DNA of 64,000 nt, taken from positions 3,679-67,678 of the forward strand of contig SVLY01000006.1 in assembly GCA_015067715.1 (NCBI GenBank). The letters are read 5' to 3'. A program made the translations under genes and the position numbers. Positions 28,082 to 37,853 of the stretch are shown here, one piece after another. Source of the DNA: Oscillospiraceae bacterium. Lineage in GTDB: Bacteria > Bacillota > Clostridia > Oscillospirales > QAMX01. The stretch's first letter is position 1; the number at the start of each line of letters is the position of its first letter. The notes under the pieces are model-generated. The model was not told the DNA's origin. It worked only from the letters and a program-made list of their open reading frames with translations, and did no database searches.

Positions 28082-29058
28082 CACGGGATGCCCTTGTCAA
28101 TAAGGCTCTGGCCCTTCTGGATAACGGAACTGTGGACCGTGTTCTGGGCTGGAAAAAGGGCGAGCTCGCCTACGACGTTACCCCCGCCGTCTTTACAGAC
28201 GGCAAGAGCATCGGGGAGGGCTTTGTCTGGAACGATTTTTGCGGAGCAAACTTCTCCAAATACCTCATTGCCGAGACCAAAAAGACCGGAAGCAAGGTGC
28301 TTGTTTTCCTCAAGCCCTGCGACACCTACAGCTTCAACCAGCTCCTCACCGAGCACCGTTTCGACCGTGAAAAGGTCTATGCCGTGGGCATTCCCTGCGA
28401 GGGGATGACCGACGTTCACAAGCTCCGCGCCGCTGTGGGCGAGGGCATCTGCAACGTCGAAGCCGATGGCGATATGCTTGCCGTTTCCACCGTCTACACC
28501 GACGAGCCCGTAAACGTGCCTGCCGCCGAGGTCATGCTGGAGAGATGCCTTGTGTGCAAGAGCAAAAAGCACGTGGCTTACGACGAGCTTCTGGGAGAGG
28601 AGGGCGAGGTCGCCGAATCTGCCCGTTTCGATCAGGTGGCCGAGCTCGAGGCTCTCACCCCCGACGAAAGATTTGCCTTCTGGCAGAACGAGCTTTCCCG
28701 CTGTATCCGCTGCAACGCCTGCCGTGACGTTTGCCCGGCCTGCACCTGTGAAAAGTGCGTTTTCAACAACCCCTCTTCCGGAGTTGAAAACAAGGCGGCG
28801 GCCAACAGCTTTGAAGAAAAGATGTTCCACATCATCCGCGCGTTCCACGTTGCGGGCAGATGCACCGACTGCGGCGAGTGCAGCCGCGTATGCCCCCAGA
28901 GAATTCCCCTGCACCTGCTGAACAGAAAATTCATCAGCGATATCGACAATTTCTACGGCGAATATCAGGCCGGAGCAGAGGTCGGTTCCCGTGCGCCCCT
29001 TGTGAACTACGATCAGGACGACCTGGAGCCCTCCGAAGTTTTCGGCGGAAGGGAGTGA
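28069..29058 (+). CDS. flxC: 4Fe-4S protein, FlxC-like
   Basis: CIRCNACRDVCPACTC and GRCTDCGECSRVCP motifs; position within the hdr-flx cluster. Confidence 0.75.
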   Translation: MQKITRDALVNKALALLDNGTVDRVLGWKKGELAYDVTPAVFTDGKSIGEGFVWNDFCGANFSKYLIAETKKTGSKVLVFLKPCDTYSFNQLLTEHRFDREKVYAVGIPCEGMTDVHKLRAAVGEGICNVEADGDMLAVSTVYTDEPVNVPAAEVMLERCLVCKSKKHVAYDELLGEEGEVAESARFDQVAELEALTPDERFAFWQNELSRCIRCNACRDVCPACTCEKCVFNNPSSGVENKAAANSFEEKMFHIIRAFHVAGRCTDCGECSRVCPQRIPLHLLNRKFISDIDNFYGEYQAGAEVGSRAPLVNYDQDDLEPSEVFGGRE

Positions 29059-29065
29059 GGCAGAT

Positions 29066-30091
29066 ATGCGTAAATGTTCCCTTTCTGAAATGAACAAGGT
29101 CTTTGCCCGGATCGCCTCGGCACAAAAGCTCTATCTCCCCGTGGACGGAGAGGCCGGAGCGGAATATAAGCTCTGGGAAGAGGGCACGGAGTGGAGCAAC
29201 GCTCTCAACACCGTGAAAAGCCCCAAGGACTTTTTCTTCCCCCAGCTTGAAAACCTTATGGAGTTCAAGGTCACAGGCAAAAGCATTGAGGTCATCGACA
29301 CCCGCAAGGCAAGCGAGGATTTCGTTGTTTTCGGCGTTCGCGCCTGCGACGTGAAGAGCTTCGAGGTGCTGGATCGGGTCTTCCTCGTTGACCCGGTGGA
29401 CAGCTATTACGCTACCCGCAGGGAGCACGGCACCATCGTCTCTCTGGCCTGCACCCGTCCCACCGAGACCTGCTTCTGCCGGACCTTTGGCATAGACGCA
29501 ACGGAGCCCCAGGGCGACGTTGTCACATGGAAGACCGAAACCCAGCTCTTTTTCGAGGCAAAGACCCAAAAGGGTCAGGCCTTTATGAGCCTTATCGAAG
29601 ATCTCACCGAAGAGTGCGACGGTTCTGAGGTTGAGGCTCAGAAGGAAAAGACCGGGAAGATCCTGGCCCGTCTGCCCCTGGCAAACCTCTCTGCCGATGC
29701 CTTTGGCGCCGACAAGACCGACAAATTCTTTAACGCACCCGAATGGAAGACCCTTTCCGAGGCCTGTCTTGGATGCGGCACCTGCACCTTCGTGTGTCCC
29801 ACCTGCCAGTGCTACGACATTAAGGACTTCAGCACAGGCTCCGGCGTCGTGCGCTTCCGTTGCTGGGACTCCTGTATGTACTCCGACTTCACCAAAATGG
29901 CCCACGGAAACCCCAGACTTACCCAGCTTGAGCGTTTCCGCCAGCGCTTTATGCACAAGCTTGTTTACTATCCCACCAATAACGACGGTATGTTCAGCTG
30001 TGTGGGCTGCGGACGCTGTCTGTCCAGCTGCCCCATCTCCATGAACATCGTCAAAGTAATGAAGACCTTAGGAGATAAAGCAGATGACTGA
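29066..30091 (+). CDS. flxB: 4Fe-4S dicluster protein, AsrA-like (FlxB)
   Basis: CLGCGTCTFVCPTCQC, RCWDSC, RFRQRFMHK and CVGCGRC motifs. Confidence 0.8.
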   Translation: MRKCSLSEMNKVFARIASAQKLYLPVDGEAGAEYKLWEEGTEWSNALNTVKSPKDFFFPQLENLMEFKVTGKSIEVIDTRKASEDFVVFGVRACDVKSFEVLDRVFLVDPVDSYYATRREHGTIVSLACTRPTETCFCRTFGIDATEPQGDVVTWKTETQLFFEAKTQKGQAFMSLIEDLTEECDGSEVEAQKEKTGKILARLPLANLSADAFGADKTDKFFNAPEWKTLSEACLGCGTCTFVCPTCQCYDIKDFSTGSGVVRFRCWDSCMYSDFTKMAHGNPRLTQLERFRQRFMHKLVYYPTNNDGMFSCVGCGRCLSSCPISMNIVKVMKTLGDKADD

Positions 30092-30917
30092 CCGCAATGA
30101 AATGCTTATTCCGGTGGTCGGCGTTATCACCGACGTCCGTATGGACACCCCCGACGTAAAGACCTTCCGCGTTGTCACTCCCGACGGTGTCAAGCCCTTT
30201 GCCCACATGCCGGGACAGTGTGCAATGCTCTCCATTCCCGGAGTTGGCGAGGCGATGTTCTCCATAACCTCTTCTCCCACCAACACCGAGTTCATGGAAT
30301 TTTCCATTAAAAAGTGCGGATGTGTTACCGAATGGCTCCATCAGGCCGAACCCGGCCAGCAGATTACCGTCCGCGGCCCCTACGGAAAGCCCTTCCCCGT
30401 TGAGGAGGACCTCAAGGGCAAGGATCTGCTCTTCATCGCAGGCGGTATCGGCCTTGCGCCCCTTCGCTCCGTTATCAACTACGTTCGCCACTACCGCGAA
30501 AACTACGGCAAGGTTCAGATAGTTTACGGCGCCCGCTCCAAGGACGATCTTGTGGACTACAGCGAGATCATCAACGAGTGGATGACCGACGACGGCATTG
30601 AAGTGAACCTCACCATCGACCGCGAGCAGGAAGGCTGGGACGGACACGTTGGCTTTATTCCCAACTTCGTCAAAGAGCTTTCTCCCGACCTTAACAAGAC
30701 CGTTCTCATGTGCGGCCCTCCCATTATGATCAAGTTCACCCTTCAGGGACTTATGGAACTGGGCTTTAAGAAGACTCAGGTGTACACCACCATGGAGCTT
30801 CGCATGAAGTGCGGCATTGGCAAGTGCGGCAGATGCAATATCGGCTCAAAGTACGTCTGCAAGGACGGTCCCGTTTTCCGCTTCGACGAGCTGGACGAGC
30901 TTCCGGACGAGTATTGA
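30084..30917 (+). CDS. flxA: FAD/NAD(P)-binding oxidoreductase, AsrB/PyrK-like (FlxA)
   Basis: RGPYG, AGGIGLAP, CGPPIM and MKCGIGKCGRC motifs. Confidence 0.85.
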   Translation: MTDRNEMLIPVVGVITDVRMDTPDVKTFRVVTPDGVKPFAHMPGQCAMLSIPGVGEAMFSITSSPTNTEFMEFSIKKCGCVTEWLHQAEPGQQITVRGPYGKPFPVEEDLKGKDLLFIAGGIGLAPLRSVINYVRHYRENYGKVQIVYGARSKDDLVDYSEIINEWMTDDGIEVNLTIDREQEGWDGHVGFIPNFVKELSPDLNKTVLMCGPPIMIKFTLQGLMELGFKKTQVYTTMELRMKCGIGKCGRCNIGSKYVCKDGPVFRFDELDELPDEY

Positions 30918-30940
30918 TTTTTGTCACAAGGAGAATTCAC

Positions 30941-31615
30941 ATGGAAAATATGGTTAACATTTTTCTGTTCGGAAAGAAATATTCCGTTCCGGACAATCTG
31001 ACTATAATGTGCGCAATGGAATACGCGGGCTATCAGCTGGTTCGCGGATGCGGATGCCGCAACGGCTTCTGCGGCGCCTGCGCCACCATTTACCGCATTA
31101 AGGGCGACCGCGAGCTTCACGCCTGTCTGGCCTGCCAGACCAAGGTGGAGAACGATATGTACATTGCCACCCTTCCCTTCTTCCCCCTTATCAAGCAGGT
31201 CTACGACATGAACACCGTCAGCCCCACCCAGGCCGTTATGATGCAGCTCTACCCCGAGATCTACGCCTGCATCGGTTGCAACGCCTGCACCAAGGCCTGC
31301 ACCCAGGAGCTCAAGGTCATGCAGTACATCGCCTACGCCCAGCGCGGAGACTTTGAAAAGTGCGCCGAGGAGAGCTTTGACTGCGTTATGTGCGGCGTCT
31401 GCTCTTCCCGTTGCCCCGCCGGAATTTCCCATCCCCAGGTGGCAATGCTTGCCCGCAGAATAAACGGCAAGTATCTTGCTCCCGACTGCGGCCATCTTGA
31501 AGACCGGGTCCGCGAGATCAAGGACGGCACCTTCACCGAGCTTATCGAGGCGCTTATGCAGAAGCCCGTTGAAGAGATGAAAGAGCTCTACAACACCCGC
31601 GAGATCGAGAAATAA
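30941..31615 (+). CDS. Fumarate reductase/succinate dehydrogenase-like iron-sulfur subunit
   Basis: GCRNGFCGAC...C [2Fe-2S] motif plus two CxxCxxCxxxC motifs. ATG 30941 follows AGGAG. Confidence 0.75.
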   Translation: MENMVNIFLFGKKYSVPDNLTIMCAMEYAGYQLVRGCGCRNGFCGACATIYRIKGDRELHACLACQTKVENDMYIATLPFFPLIKQVYDMNTVSPTQAVMMQLYPEIYACIGCNACTKACTQELKVMQYIAYAQRGDFEKCAEESFDCVMCGVCSSRCPAGISHPQVAMLARRINGKYLAPDCGHLEDRVREIKDGTFTELIEALMQKPVEEMKELYNTREIEK

Positions 31616-31633
31616 AAGGAGGAGAAGGCTAAT

Positions 31634-33238
31634 ATGTATTCCGAAAAATTTCAGCAGTCCCTCAAGCTTGTTGAAGAGGCCAGAGAGCGCAATATCGCCT
31701 ACGAGCCCGACCGCATGACTGCAAAGCAGAAGGAAGACCTTCTTGCCGCCTACCATCCCGACTACAAGCAGGATCAGTTCGAGATCCTTAAAATAGGTCC
31801 CAACAAGGGCGAAAAAGTCCCCTGTGAGCTGGCCGAGATGCTCCAGGCTCACAGCCGCATTTCGAATATCAGCGTTGACCTTGAAAACCCCGACTACGAC
31901 GTTGACGTTCTCGTCATCGGCGGCGGCGGCGCAGGCTCTTCTGCCGCCATCGAAGCCCACGAGGCCGGCGCAAACGTTATGATCGTCACCAAGCTCCGTA
32001 TTGGCGACGCCAACACCATGATGGCCGAGGGCGGCATTCAGGCCGCCGACAAGCCCAACGACAGCCCTGCCATCCACTTTGTGGACGCTTTCGGCGGAGG
32101 TCACTTTGCCGCAAAGCGCGAGCTTCTCTCAAAGCTGGTCTGCGACGCTCCCGAAGCGATCCTCTGGCTTTCCGAGCTGGGTGTTGAGTTCGACAAGATG
32201 CCCGACGGCACCATGGTCACCACCCACGGCGGCGGCACCTCCAGAAAGCGCATGCACGCCGCAAAGGACTATTCCGGCGCCGAGATCATGCGCACCCTTC
32301 GCGACGAGGTTCTGAACCGTCAGATCCCCGTGGTGGACTTCACCGCCGCTATCGAGCTCATTCTCGACGACAAGGGCAATGCCGCAGGCGCAGTTCTTAT
32401 GAACATGGAGACCCGTGACCTGCTGGTCGCCAGAGCAAAGACCGTTATCATCGCCACCGGCGGTGCGGGACGTATGCATTACCAGGGCTTCCCCACCTCC
32501 AACCACTACGGCGCAACTGCGGACGGCCTTGTGCTGGGCTACAGAGCCGGCGCAAAGCTTCTCTACGCCGACACTCTTCAGTACCATCCCACCGGCGCAG
32601 CCTACCCCGAGCAGATCTTCGGCGCTCTTGTCACCGAAAAGGTCCGCTCCCTTGGTGCAAAGCTTGTGAACGTGAACGGCGAGGTCTTCATGCATCCCCT
32701 TGAGACCCGTGACGTTTCCGCCGCATCCATCATCCGCGAGTGCAGCACCCGCGGCAACGGCGTGGACACCGGCGACGGTCAGGGCGTCTGGCTGGACACT
32801 CCCATGATCGAGCGCATCGGCGGCGAAGGCACTATTATGAAGCGCATTCCCGCCATGTGGAGAATGTTTGAGAAATACGGCATAGACATCCGCTACGAGC
32901 CCATTCTCGTCTATCCCACTCTCCATTATCAGAACGGCGGTCTGGACATCACTCCCGACTGCATGACCACCGGCGTTGAGAACCTCTTCGTGGCCGGCGA
33001 GGCCGTTGGAGGCATCCACGGCAGAAACCGCCTTATGGGCAACTCCCTGCTGGACATCATCGTCTTTGGCCGTCAGGCCGGCAAGAGCGCCGCCGCCGTT
33101 GCGGCAAACACCTGTGTCGGCAAGCTCAGCCTTGACCACGTTGCCGCCTTCGAGGCCGAGATCGCCTCTTCCGGCATCGAGACCGAAGCTGTCTCTCCCA
33201 AGCTTTTGCCCAACTACACCGGCAAGGCAAGCATCTGA
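31634..33238 (+). CDS. Soluble fumarate reductase-like flavoprotein (FrdA/TfrA-like)
   Basis: GGGGAG, MAEGG, QYHPT, TRD, LHYQNGG and HGRNRLMGNSL dicarboxylate-site motifs. Confidence 0.82.
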   Translation: MYSEKFQQSLKLVEEARERNIAYEPDRMTAKQKEDLLAAYHPDYKQDQFEILKIGPNKGEKVPCELAEMLQAHSRISNISVDLENPDYDVDVLVIGGGGAGSSAAIEAHEAGANVMIVTKLRIGDANTMMAEGGIQAADKPNDSPAIHFVDAFGGGHFAAKRELLSKLVCDAPEAILWLSELGVEFDKMPDGTMVTTHGGGTSRKRMHAAKDYSGAEIMRTLRDEVLNRQIPVVDFTAAIELILDDKGNAAGAVLMNMETRDLLVARAKTVIIATGGAGRMHYQGFPTSNHYGATADGLVLGYRAGAKLLYADTLQYHPTGAAYPEQIFGALVTEKVRSLGAKLVNVNGEVFMHPLETRDVSAASIIRECSTRGNGVDTGDGQGVWLDTPMIERIGGEGTIMKRIPAMWRMFEKYGIDIRYEPILVYPTLHYQNGGLDITPDCMTTGVENLFVAGEAVGGIHGRNRLMGNSLLDIIVFGRQAGKSAAAVAANTCVGKLSLDHVAAFEAEIASSGIETEAVSPKLLPNYTGKASI

Positions 33239-33251
33239 GTATATAACCGTT

Positions 33252-33281
33252 AACCGGCACAGCAAATTTGCTGTGCCGGTT
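33252..33281 (+). terminator. 30-bp perfect palindrome closing the redox cluster
   Basis: aaccggcacagcaaa|tttgctgtgccggtt. Confidence 0.65.
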
Positions 33282-33326
33282 CTTCAAATCCGGTAATACG
33301 AAGGCTTATTAAAAGGAGGATTAACA

Positions 33327-34910
33327 ATGCAAAACCGGGCTTTCAAACTGTGTGTGATCTGCGGTGTTCTTTTTTCTCTGCTGGTTTTAGCCGGTTGCAA
33401 GGGCTCTCTCAGGGCGGTAAAGCCGGTCTCGGAGCAGTATGAATACACTCAAAGGGAAAAGACCTGCTTTTTCCCCTCTTTCACCAACGAAAACGAAAAG
33501 ACGGAAATTCTGAGCGTTTCCACGGATGAGGGCTATTTCGTCTGTATGACAACGGACGAAGCCCGGGCAGATTTATTCGTCAATTCTCAGCGCACCTTGC
33601 TGCGTTTTCTTCGGGCGAACGGGGTGGAGCTGCGGGAGCTGAACTACTTTTGCGTAAATTACGACGATAACTTCAGCGAAAGCGGAAAAGATAACGCCTA
33701 TATTGCCCTTTCTTCCGCAGAGACCTGGCGGCAGGTGCTTGTGACCCTGCAGGCGCTCTGGGGAGACTTTACCGATTACGGCTACGTCTATGCAATGGCA
33801 AACGCCGTTGCAGCTCAGCTTGGGTGGGAAACGGATGCTGTGATTTTGCCAGAGCAGGGGGCAATGGATGAATTCTTCTGCCAAAACCCAAAAGCGCTGA
33901 ACCTTTTGTACCCCGCTTTTACGGAGCTCTATGCAACGGAGGAGACCGTTTGGTATTCAAAATCGCTGAGTCTTTCGCTTTTTGAAGAAGTTGACCTGGC
34001 TGACGCGCTGAAAAAGCCGGTGGAAACACAGCTGGATGAGTTTGAAAAACTTCTTTTGGGCTATTCCGGGGAGATAGGAGCCCAATTTTCGCCCCAGACC
34101 TTTGGCTATGGGTACCGGGGGACTTATCTGCCCCTTTGCATTCAGACGACCTACGCCACGCATATTGTAGACCGGGGCTACGAGGATTATTTTGCTGAAA
34201 CCTATGGGGATATTTTCAGCGATTACGTAACCGTATACCAAACTGCGGAGAACCTCGACCGTGAGACCGTTGAAGCGGTCAGGCGTTTTGGTCTGGAGGA
34301 CAGGGCGGGAAACGTCAACGTAAACTGGCTTTCCGAATACAGTGCGGAGACGAAATATGCAAAGCGCTGGGTCAACCTGTATTATTTCGGAATGGGGGAG
34401 ATCTACGTCACGTCGGTCTTTTCCCATAGCCATGAATATTACCACCACGTTGCCCGCCTGATCAACCCGGATTCGGCTGTGACCGGGTCGTGGCAAAACC
34501 AGGCCTTTTGCGAGATCGGCCGCTCCTATTCCCCTTATGCTCAGCTCGCCGCGGAATACCAGTGCACCCAGGATCCGAAATCGGCGGAGCTTTTCAATTC
34601 CTTCGCCGGACACGATTTCCGGCCGGGGAGGGACGATTATTATGAAGCAATGGATATCTCCTGTTATGCTCTGGACGAGCTTCGCCTCAGTCTTGACCAA
34701 AGCGGCAGCGGCCCGTCCATCAATTCAATCACCCACTACCTGATCGGAATATACGGAGAGGACGCAGTAATTGACCTGATGCTGTATCCGGATACGGTCT
34801 TTGAGGTCACCGGCAAAACCTGGGAGACTTTAGAGGCCGAATGGAAACAGCAGCTTGGGGAAAAATACGCCGGAAAAGAAATTCCGGACTGGCTCTGGGA
34901 GTTGCGATAA
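33327..34910 (+). CDS. Hypothetical lipoprotein with HExxH motif
   Basis: AGGAGG RBS, lipobox LAGC, SHEYYH motif. Confidence 0.65.
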   Translation: MQNRAFKLCVICGVLFSLLVLAGCKGSLRAVKPVSEQYEYTQREKTCFFPSFTNENEKTEILSVSTDEGYFVCMTTDEARADLFVNSQRTLLRFLRANGVELRELNYFCVNYDDNFSESGKDNAYIALSSAETWRQVLVTLQALWGDFTDYGYVYAMANAVAAQLGWETDAVILPEQGAMDEFFCQNPKALNLLYPAFTELYATEETVWYSKSLSLSLFEEVDLADALKKPVETQLDEFEKLLLGYSGEIGAQFSPQTFGYGYRGTYLPLCIQTTYATHIVDRGYEDYFAETYGDIFSDYVTVYQTAENLDRETVEAVRRFGLEDRAGNVNVNWLSEYSAETKYAKRWVNLYYFGMGEIYVTSVFSHSHEYYHHVARLINPDSAVTGSWQNQAFCEIGRSYSPYAQLAAEYQCTQDPKSAELFNSFAGHDFRPGRDDYYEAMDISCYALDELRLSLDQSGSGPSINSITHYLIGIYGEDAVIDLMLYPDTVFEVTGKTWETLEAEWKQQLGEKYAGKEIPDWLWELR

Positions 34911-34929
34911 ATAAAGCCCGGGTTTCAAA

Positions 34930-34964
34930 AACCCTCCCTGCGGCAATTTGCCCCAGGGAGGGTT
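34930..34964. terminator. Hairpin between convergent genes
   Basis: aaccctccctg...cagggagggtt. Confidence 0.65.
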
Positions 34965-34983
34965 ATGTTTCAGGCTATTGTTT

Positions 34984-36042
34984 TCAACACTTGCCAAGGC
35001 CGAGACCGCGAAGGTCGGCGATGGTGTTGTTCTTTTCGGCTTCGTAGGTCTTCCAGATAACGCGGAGGCCCTGGAGGGTGTCTCTGCCGTTGGTGAGGGG
35101 AGTTTCGCCGGTGCGCACGCAGTGGGCAAAGTGGGCGATCTCGAACTGAGTCTGCTTTGAGACCTCGCCCTCGCGGCTCCAGACGATGGAGTAACGCTTG
35201 CTGTCGCTGTCGGTGTGGCCGGGCTTGTGGGTGCCCTGGCTGTTGTAAACGCGGACTTCGCCGGCATCGTGGTCGTATTCCAGCATGGCCTTTTCAGTCT
35301 GGATCTGGAAATCGTAGCCCATTTTTGTGCCTCTTGCGCCCCAGGTTGCGCCGTGGTAGCCAAGAGCGCCGCTTTCGAAGCTCATAGAGAGAACGCTGGT
35401 GCCCTCGCGCATCATCCAGGGAGTTCCGACCTTGGTGCCAAAGTGGCAGCCCTTGACAGGCTCGCCCAGGAACCAGAGCATGAGGTCAACGTAGTGACAG
35501 CCGTGGCTGAAAAGCTGGCCGCCGCCAATGCGGGAGGTGATGAGCCAATGGGGCTTGTCGTCGGTGAGCTCGGCGCCGGTGAGCTGTTCGGTCCATACGG
35601 ACATCTGGATGACCTTGCCGTATTCGCCGCTGTCCACCATTTCCTTGAGCTTTCTGATCCCGGGCCAGAAGCGAACGGGGTAGGCGCACATAAGGGTAAC
35701 GCCCTTTTCCTCGCAGGTCTCAATAAGGCTGAGGCACTCTTCTTCGGTATTGCAAAGGGGCTTTTCCATGAGAATGTGCTTATTCTTTCTTGCGAAGAAC
35801 ATACCGCACTCGTAATGGAGGTCGTGGGGCAGAGCGATGAGAACAGCGTCCACCTTGTCCACCAGATCTTCGTAGTTGGTGGTGATGTAGGGGTTGTTGA
35901 GCACGTCGGCAACTGCCTGGGCGTGTTCGGGAATAATGTCGCATACGGCGACGATCTCAACGTCCTCCACCATGTTCACCGCGCTTGCGTGGGTGGCCAT
36001 CATGTTACCGCAGCCGATAAGGCCGATCTTGAGCTTTTCCAT
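34984..36042 (-). CDS. Gfo/Idh/MocA family oxidoreductase
   Basis: IGLIGCG, HILMEKP and GGGQLFSHGCH motifs. Confidence 0.9.
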   Translation of the reverse strand: MEKLKIGLIGCGNMMATHASAVNMVEDVEIVAVCDIIPEHAQAVADVLNNPYITTNYEDLVDKVDAVLIALPHDLHYECGMFFARKNKHILMEKPLCNTEEECLSLIETCEEKGVTLMCAYPVRFWPGIRKLKEMVDSGEYGKVIQMSVWTEQLTGAELTDDKPHWLITSRIGGGQLFSHGCHYVDLMLWFLGEPVKGCHFGTKVGTPWMMREGTSVLSMSFESGALGYHGATWGARGTKMGYDFQIQTEKAMLEYDHDAGEVRVYNSQGTHKPGHTDSDSKRYSIVWSREGEVSKQTQFEIAHFAHCVRTGETPLTNGRDTLQGLRVIWKTYEAEKNNTIADLRGLGLGKC

Positions 36043-36060
36043 GGGAATATGTCCCCTTTC

Positions 36061-36089
36061 TTGACATTTGTTTTAGCTTTTGCTATAAT
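36061..36089 (+). promoter_or_regulatory. Sigma-A promoter of the AraC regulator
   Basis: TTGACA, 17 nt, TATAAT with extended TG. Confidence 0.8.
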
Positions 36090-36174
36090 CAGTTTACCAC
36101 AATGAGTTAAAAAAGTATTTGTATAATCGGATAAAAATTTTGCACCATCGGCACGGGAAAGGAGGGGAGAAAAA

Positions 36175-37050
36175 ATGAGCCAAAACCAGGATTACGTCCG
36201 CACGGACCTTAAGGGCTTTCTTTCGGTGGGCTCCATTGCCTCGGTCTGGACGATCGAGACCGGTGGACAGATTGCCGCCGGAGAGTCCCACGATTTTCCG
36301 GAGCTGGTCTACGTTCGCCGTGGGCCCTACAGCGTTAAGATAGACGGCGAGCCCCTCGTCCTCCGGCCCGGCCAGCTTATGATATACGCCCCAAATTCCT
36401 ACCATCAGGGTCACCTGCCCTGCGATGCGACCCTGTGCATTGTGGGCTTTGAGGCTCAGCTTCCTCTGACAGCCCCGATCTACAACACCCCCATAATGCT
36501 CTCGGAGAAACAGCGGGATGCCATGGAGGAGATAATCTCTCTTGGCAGCGGGCTTTTCCGCCCGGCGCCCTTGGGTCTCGGCTTGCGGGGGATGATACCC
36601 TGCGAGGGGGTTGCGGACTACGGTTTTCAACAGCTTAAAAACCGCCTTGAGCTCTTTCTGATCGATATTTACAGCTCTCTCTCCCAAAGCTCAAAGCCCA
36701 GCCTTGGGGCAAACCGGGAAAACTTCCGCAACGAACAGCTTTCCCGGGTGCAGGACTATATGCTTGAAAACATTTCCCGGGAGCTCAGCCTTTCCCTTAT
36801 CGCCTCGGAGTGTTCCATGAGCGTGCCCCAGCTTAAGCTCCTCTTCCGTGAGACCTGCGGATGCGGACCCATCGCGTGGTTCATAGACCAGAAGCTTGCC
36901 GCCGCAAAGGCTATGATCCGCGAGACCTCTCTGAGCTTCACCCAGATATCCGAAAGGCTTGGTTTTGGCTCGGTGCACTATTTTTCCCGTCAGTTCAAGG
37001 CTAAGACCGGCATGACACCCTCCGAATACGCCCGAAAGGTGGGTAAATAA
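36175..37050 (+). CDS. AraC family transcriptional regulator
   Basis: N-terminal cupin (ESHDFPE) and C-terminal LGF.S..YFSRQFK..TGMTPSEY. Confidence 0.92.
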   Translation: MSQNQDYVRTDLKGFLSVGSIASVWTIETGGQIAAGESHDFPELVYVRRGPYSVKIDGEPLVLRPGQLMIYAPNSYHQGHLPCDATLCIVGFEAQLPLTAPIYNTPIMLSEKQRDAMEEIISLGSGLFRPAPLGLGLRGMIPCEGVADYGFQQLKNRLELFLIDIYSSLSQSSKPSLGANRENFRNEQLSRVQDYMLENISRELSLSLIASECSMSVPQLKLLFRETCGCGPIAWFIDQKLAAAKAMIRETSLSFTQISERLGFGSVHYFSRQFKAKTGMTPSEYARKVGK

Positions 37051-37089
37051 AAAAGGCTCCAAAGCAGATATTGCTTTGGAGCCTTTTTT
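37049..37089. terminator. Bidirectional terminator
   Basis: aaaaaaggctccaaagca...tgctttggagcctttttt. Confidence 0.85.
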
Positions 37090-37091
37090 GA

Positions 37092-37688
37092 TCAGTTCAG
37101 AATATAGCCCGAAAGTTCAACTGCAACGGGAACCATGACAACTCCGGGACAGAGGGCCTCCAGGGAGCACATTCCCCCCAGCATGGCGTAGACGGCGGCG
37201 CTGTTGTTGTCCGTCAGCACCCAGCCCTCGTCGGTGAGGCGGAGGTTGATTTCCACCGTGGAGCCGACGCGGCTGTTGCCCGGGCGGCAGAGAAGCTGGG
37301 CAAGTCTTCTGTTGCTGTTGTCGGCATAGGATGCCCCCTCGGATTCAAGCTCTTCTATCAGCCTGGCACTGAGCTCGGCCATGTCGGTGTTGGTGATATC
37401 AACGGTGACCGTGGCTCTTTCGCCGTCGATGCTGTGGGAGACGATCTTATAGGAAAGGCCGGAGCAGATCTTTTTTGCAATGCTGTCGGTGCTGTCCAAA
37501 TTGGCAAACTCCCTTCCCCAGTGGGCCTCCATTTTTTCGGTGTCGTAAGCCTTGACTGCGGCAATGGCGTCTTCAACGGTCTCTCTGGGATCCGGCACGG
37601 CGGTGCAGGAGGTGAGGCACAAAAGGCTTATGCTGATAAGAAGAACCGATGCGGCAATGGCGGCGGTGTTTCTGAGTGTCTTTTTCAT
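37092..37688 (-). CDS. Hypothetical lipoprotein (DUF4878/NTF2-like)
   Basis: Lipobox LTSC, P.ETV and GERATVTVDITN patterns, RBS AGGAG. Confidence 0.6.
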   Translation of the reverse strand: MKKTLRNTAAIAASVLLISISLLCLTSCTAVPDPRETVEDAIAAVKAYDTEKMEAHWGREFANLDSTDSIAKKICSGLSYKIVSHSIDGERATVTVDITNTDMAELSARLIEELESEGASYADNSNRRLAQLLCRPGNSRVGSTVEINLRLTDEGWVLTDNNSAAVYAMLGGMCSLEALCPGVVMVPVAVELSGYILN

Positions 37689-37814
37689 ATTTGTATCTCC
37701 TTTGTATTTCCTGATCACAGCAGTATTGTAGCATTTGTTCTGTCCCTAAAACGGGACAGTGAAAAAGCTTTTCCTGATGTATCTCTATGCGGAAACCAAA
37801 GGCCATATGAAAAG

Positions 37815-37845
37815 ATCCCCATGAGGTTTTTCTCCTCATGGGGAT
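37815..37845 (-). terminator. Hairpin downstream of the alpha-galactosidase
   Basis: atccccatgagg...cctcatggggat. Confidence 0.6.
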
Positions 37846-37853
37846 AAATAATG

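Noticed and set aside
24473-30917. Evidence for methanogenesis or sulfate/sulfite reduction
   Set aside because: hdr-flx clusters are widespread in fermenting bacteria; no mcr, dsr or asrC in the window.
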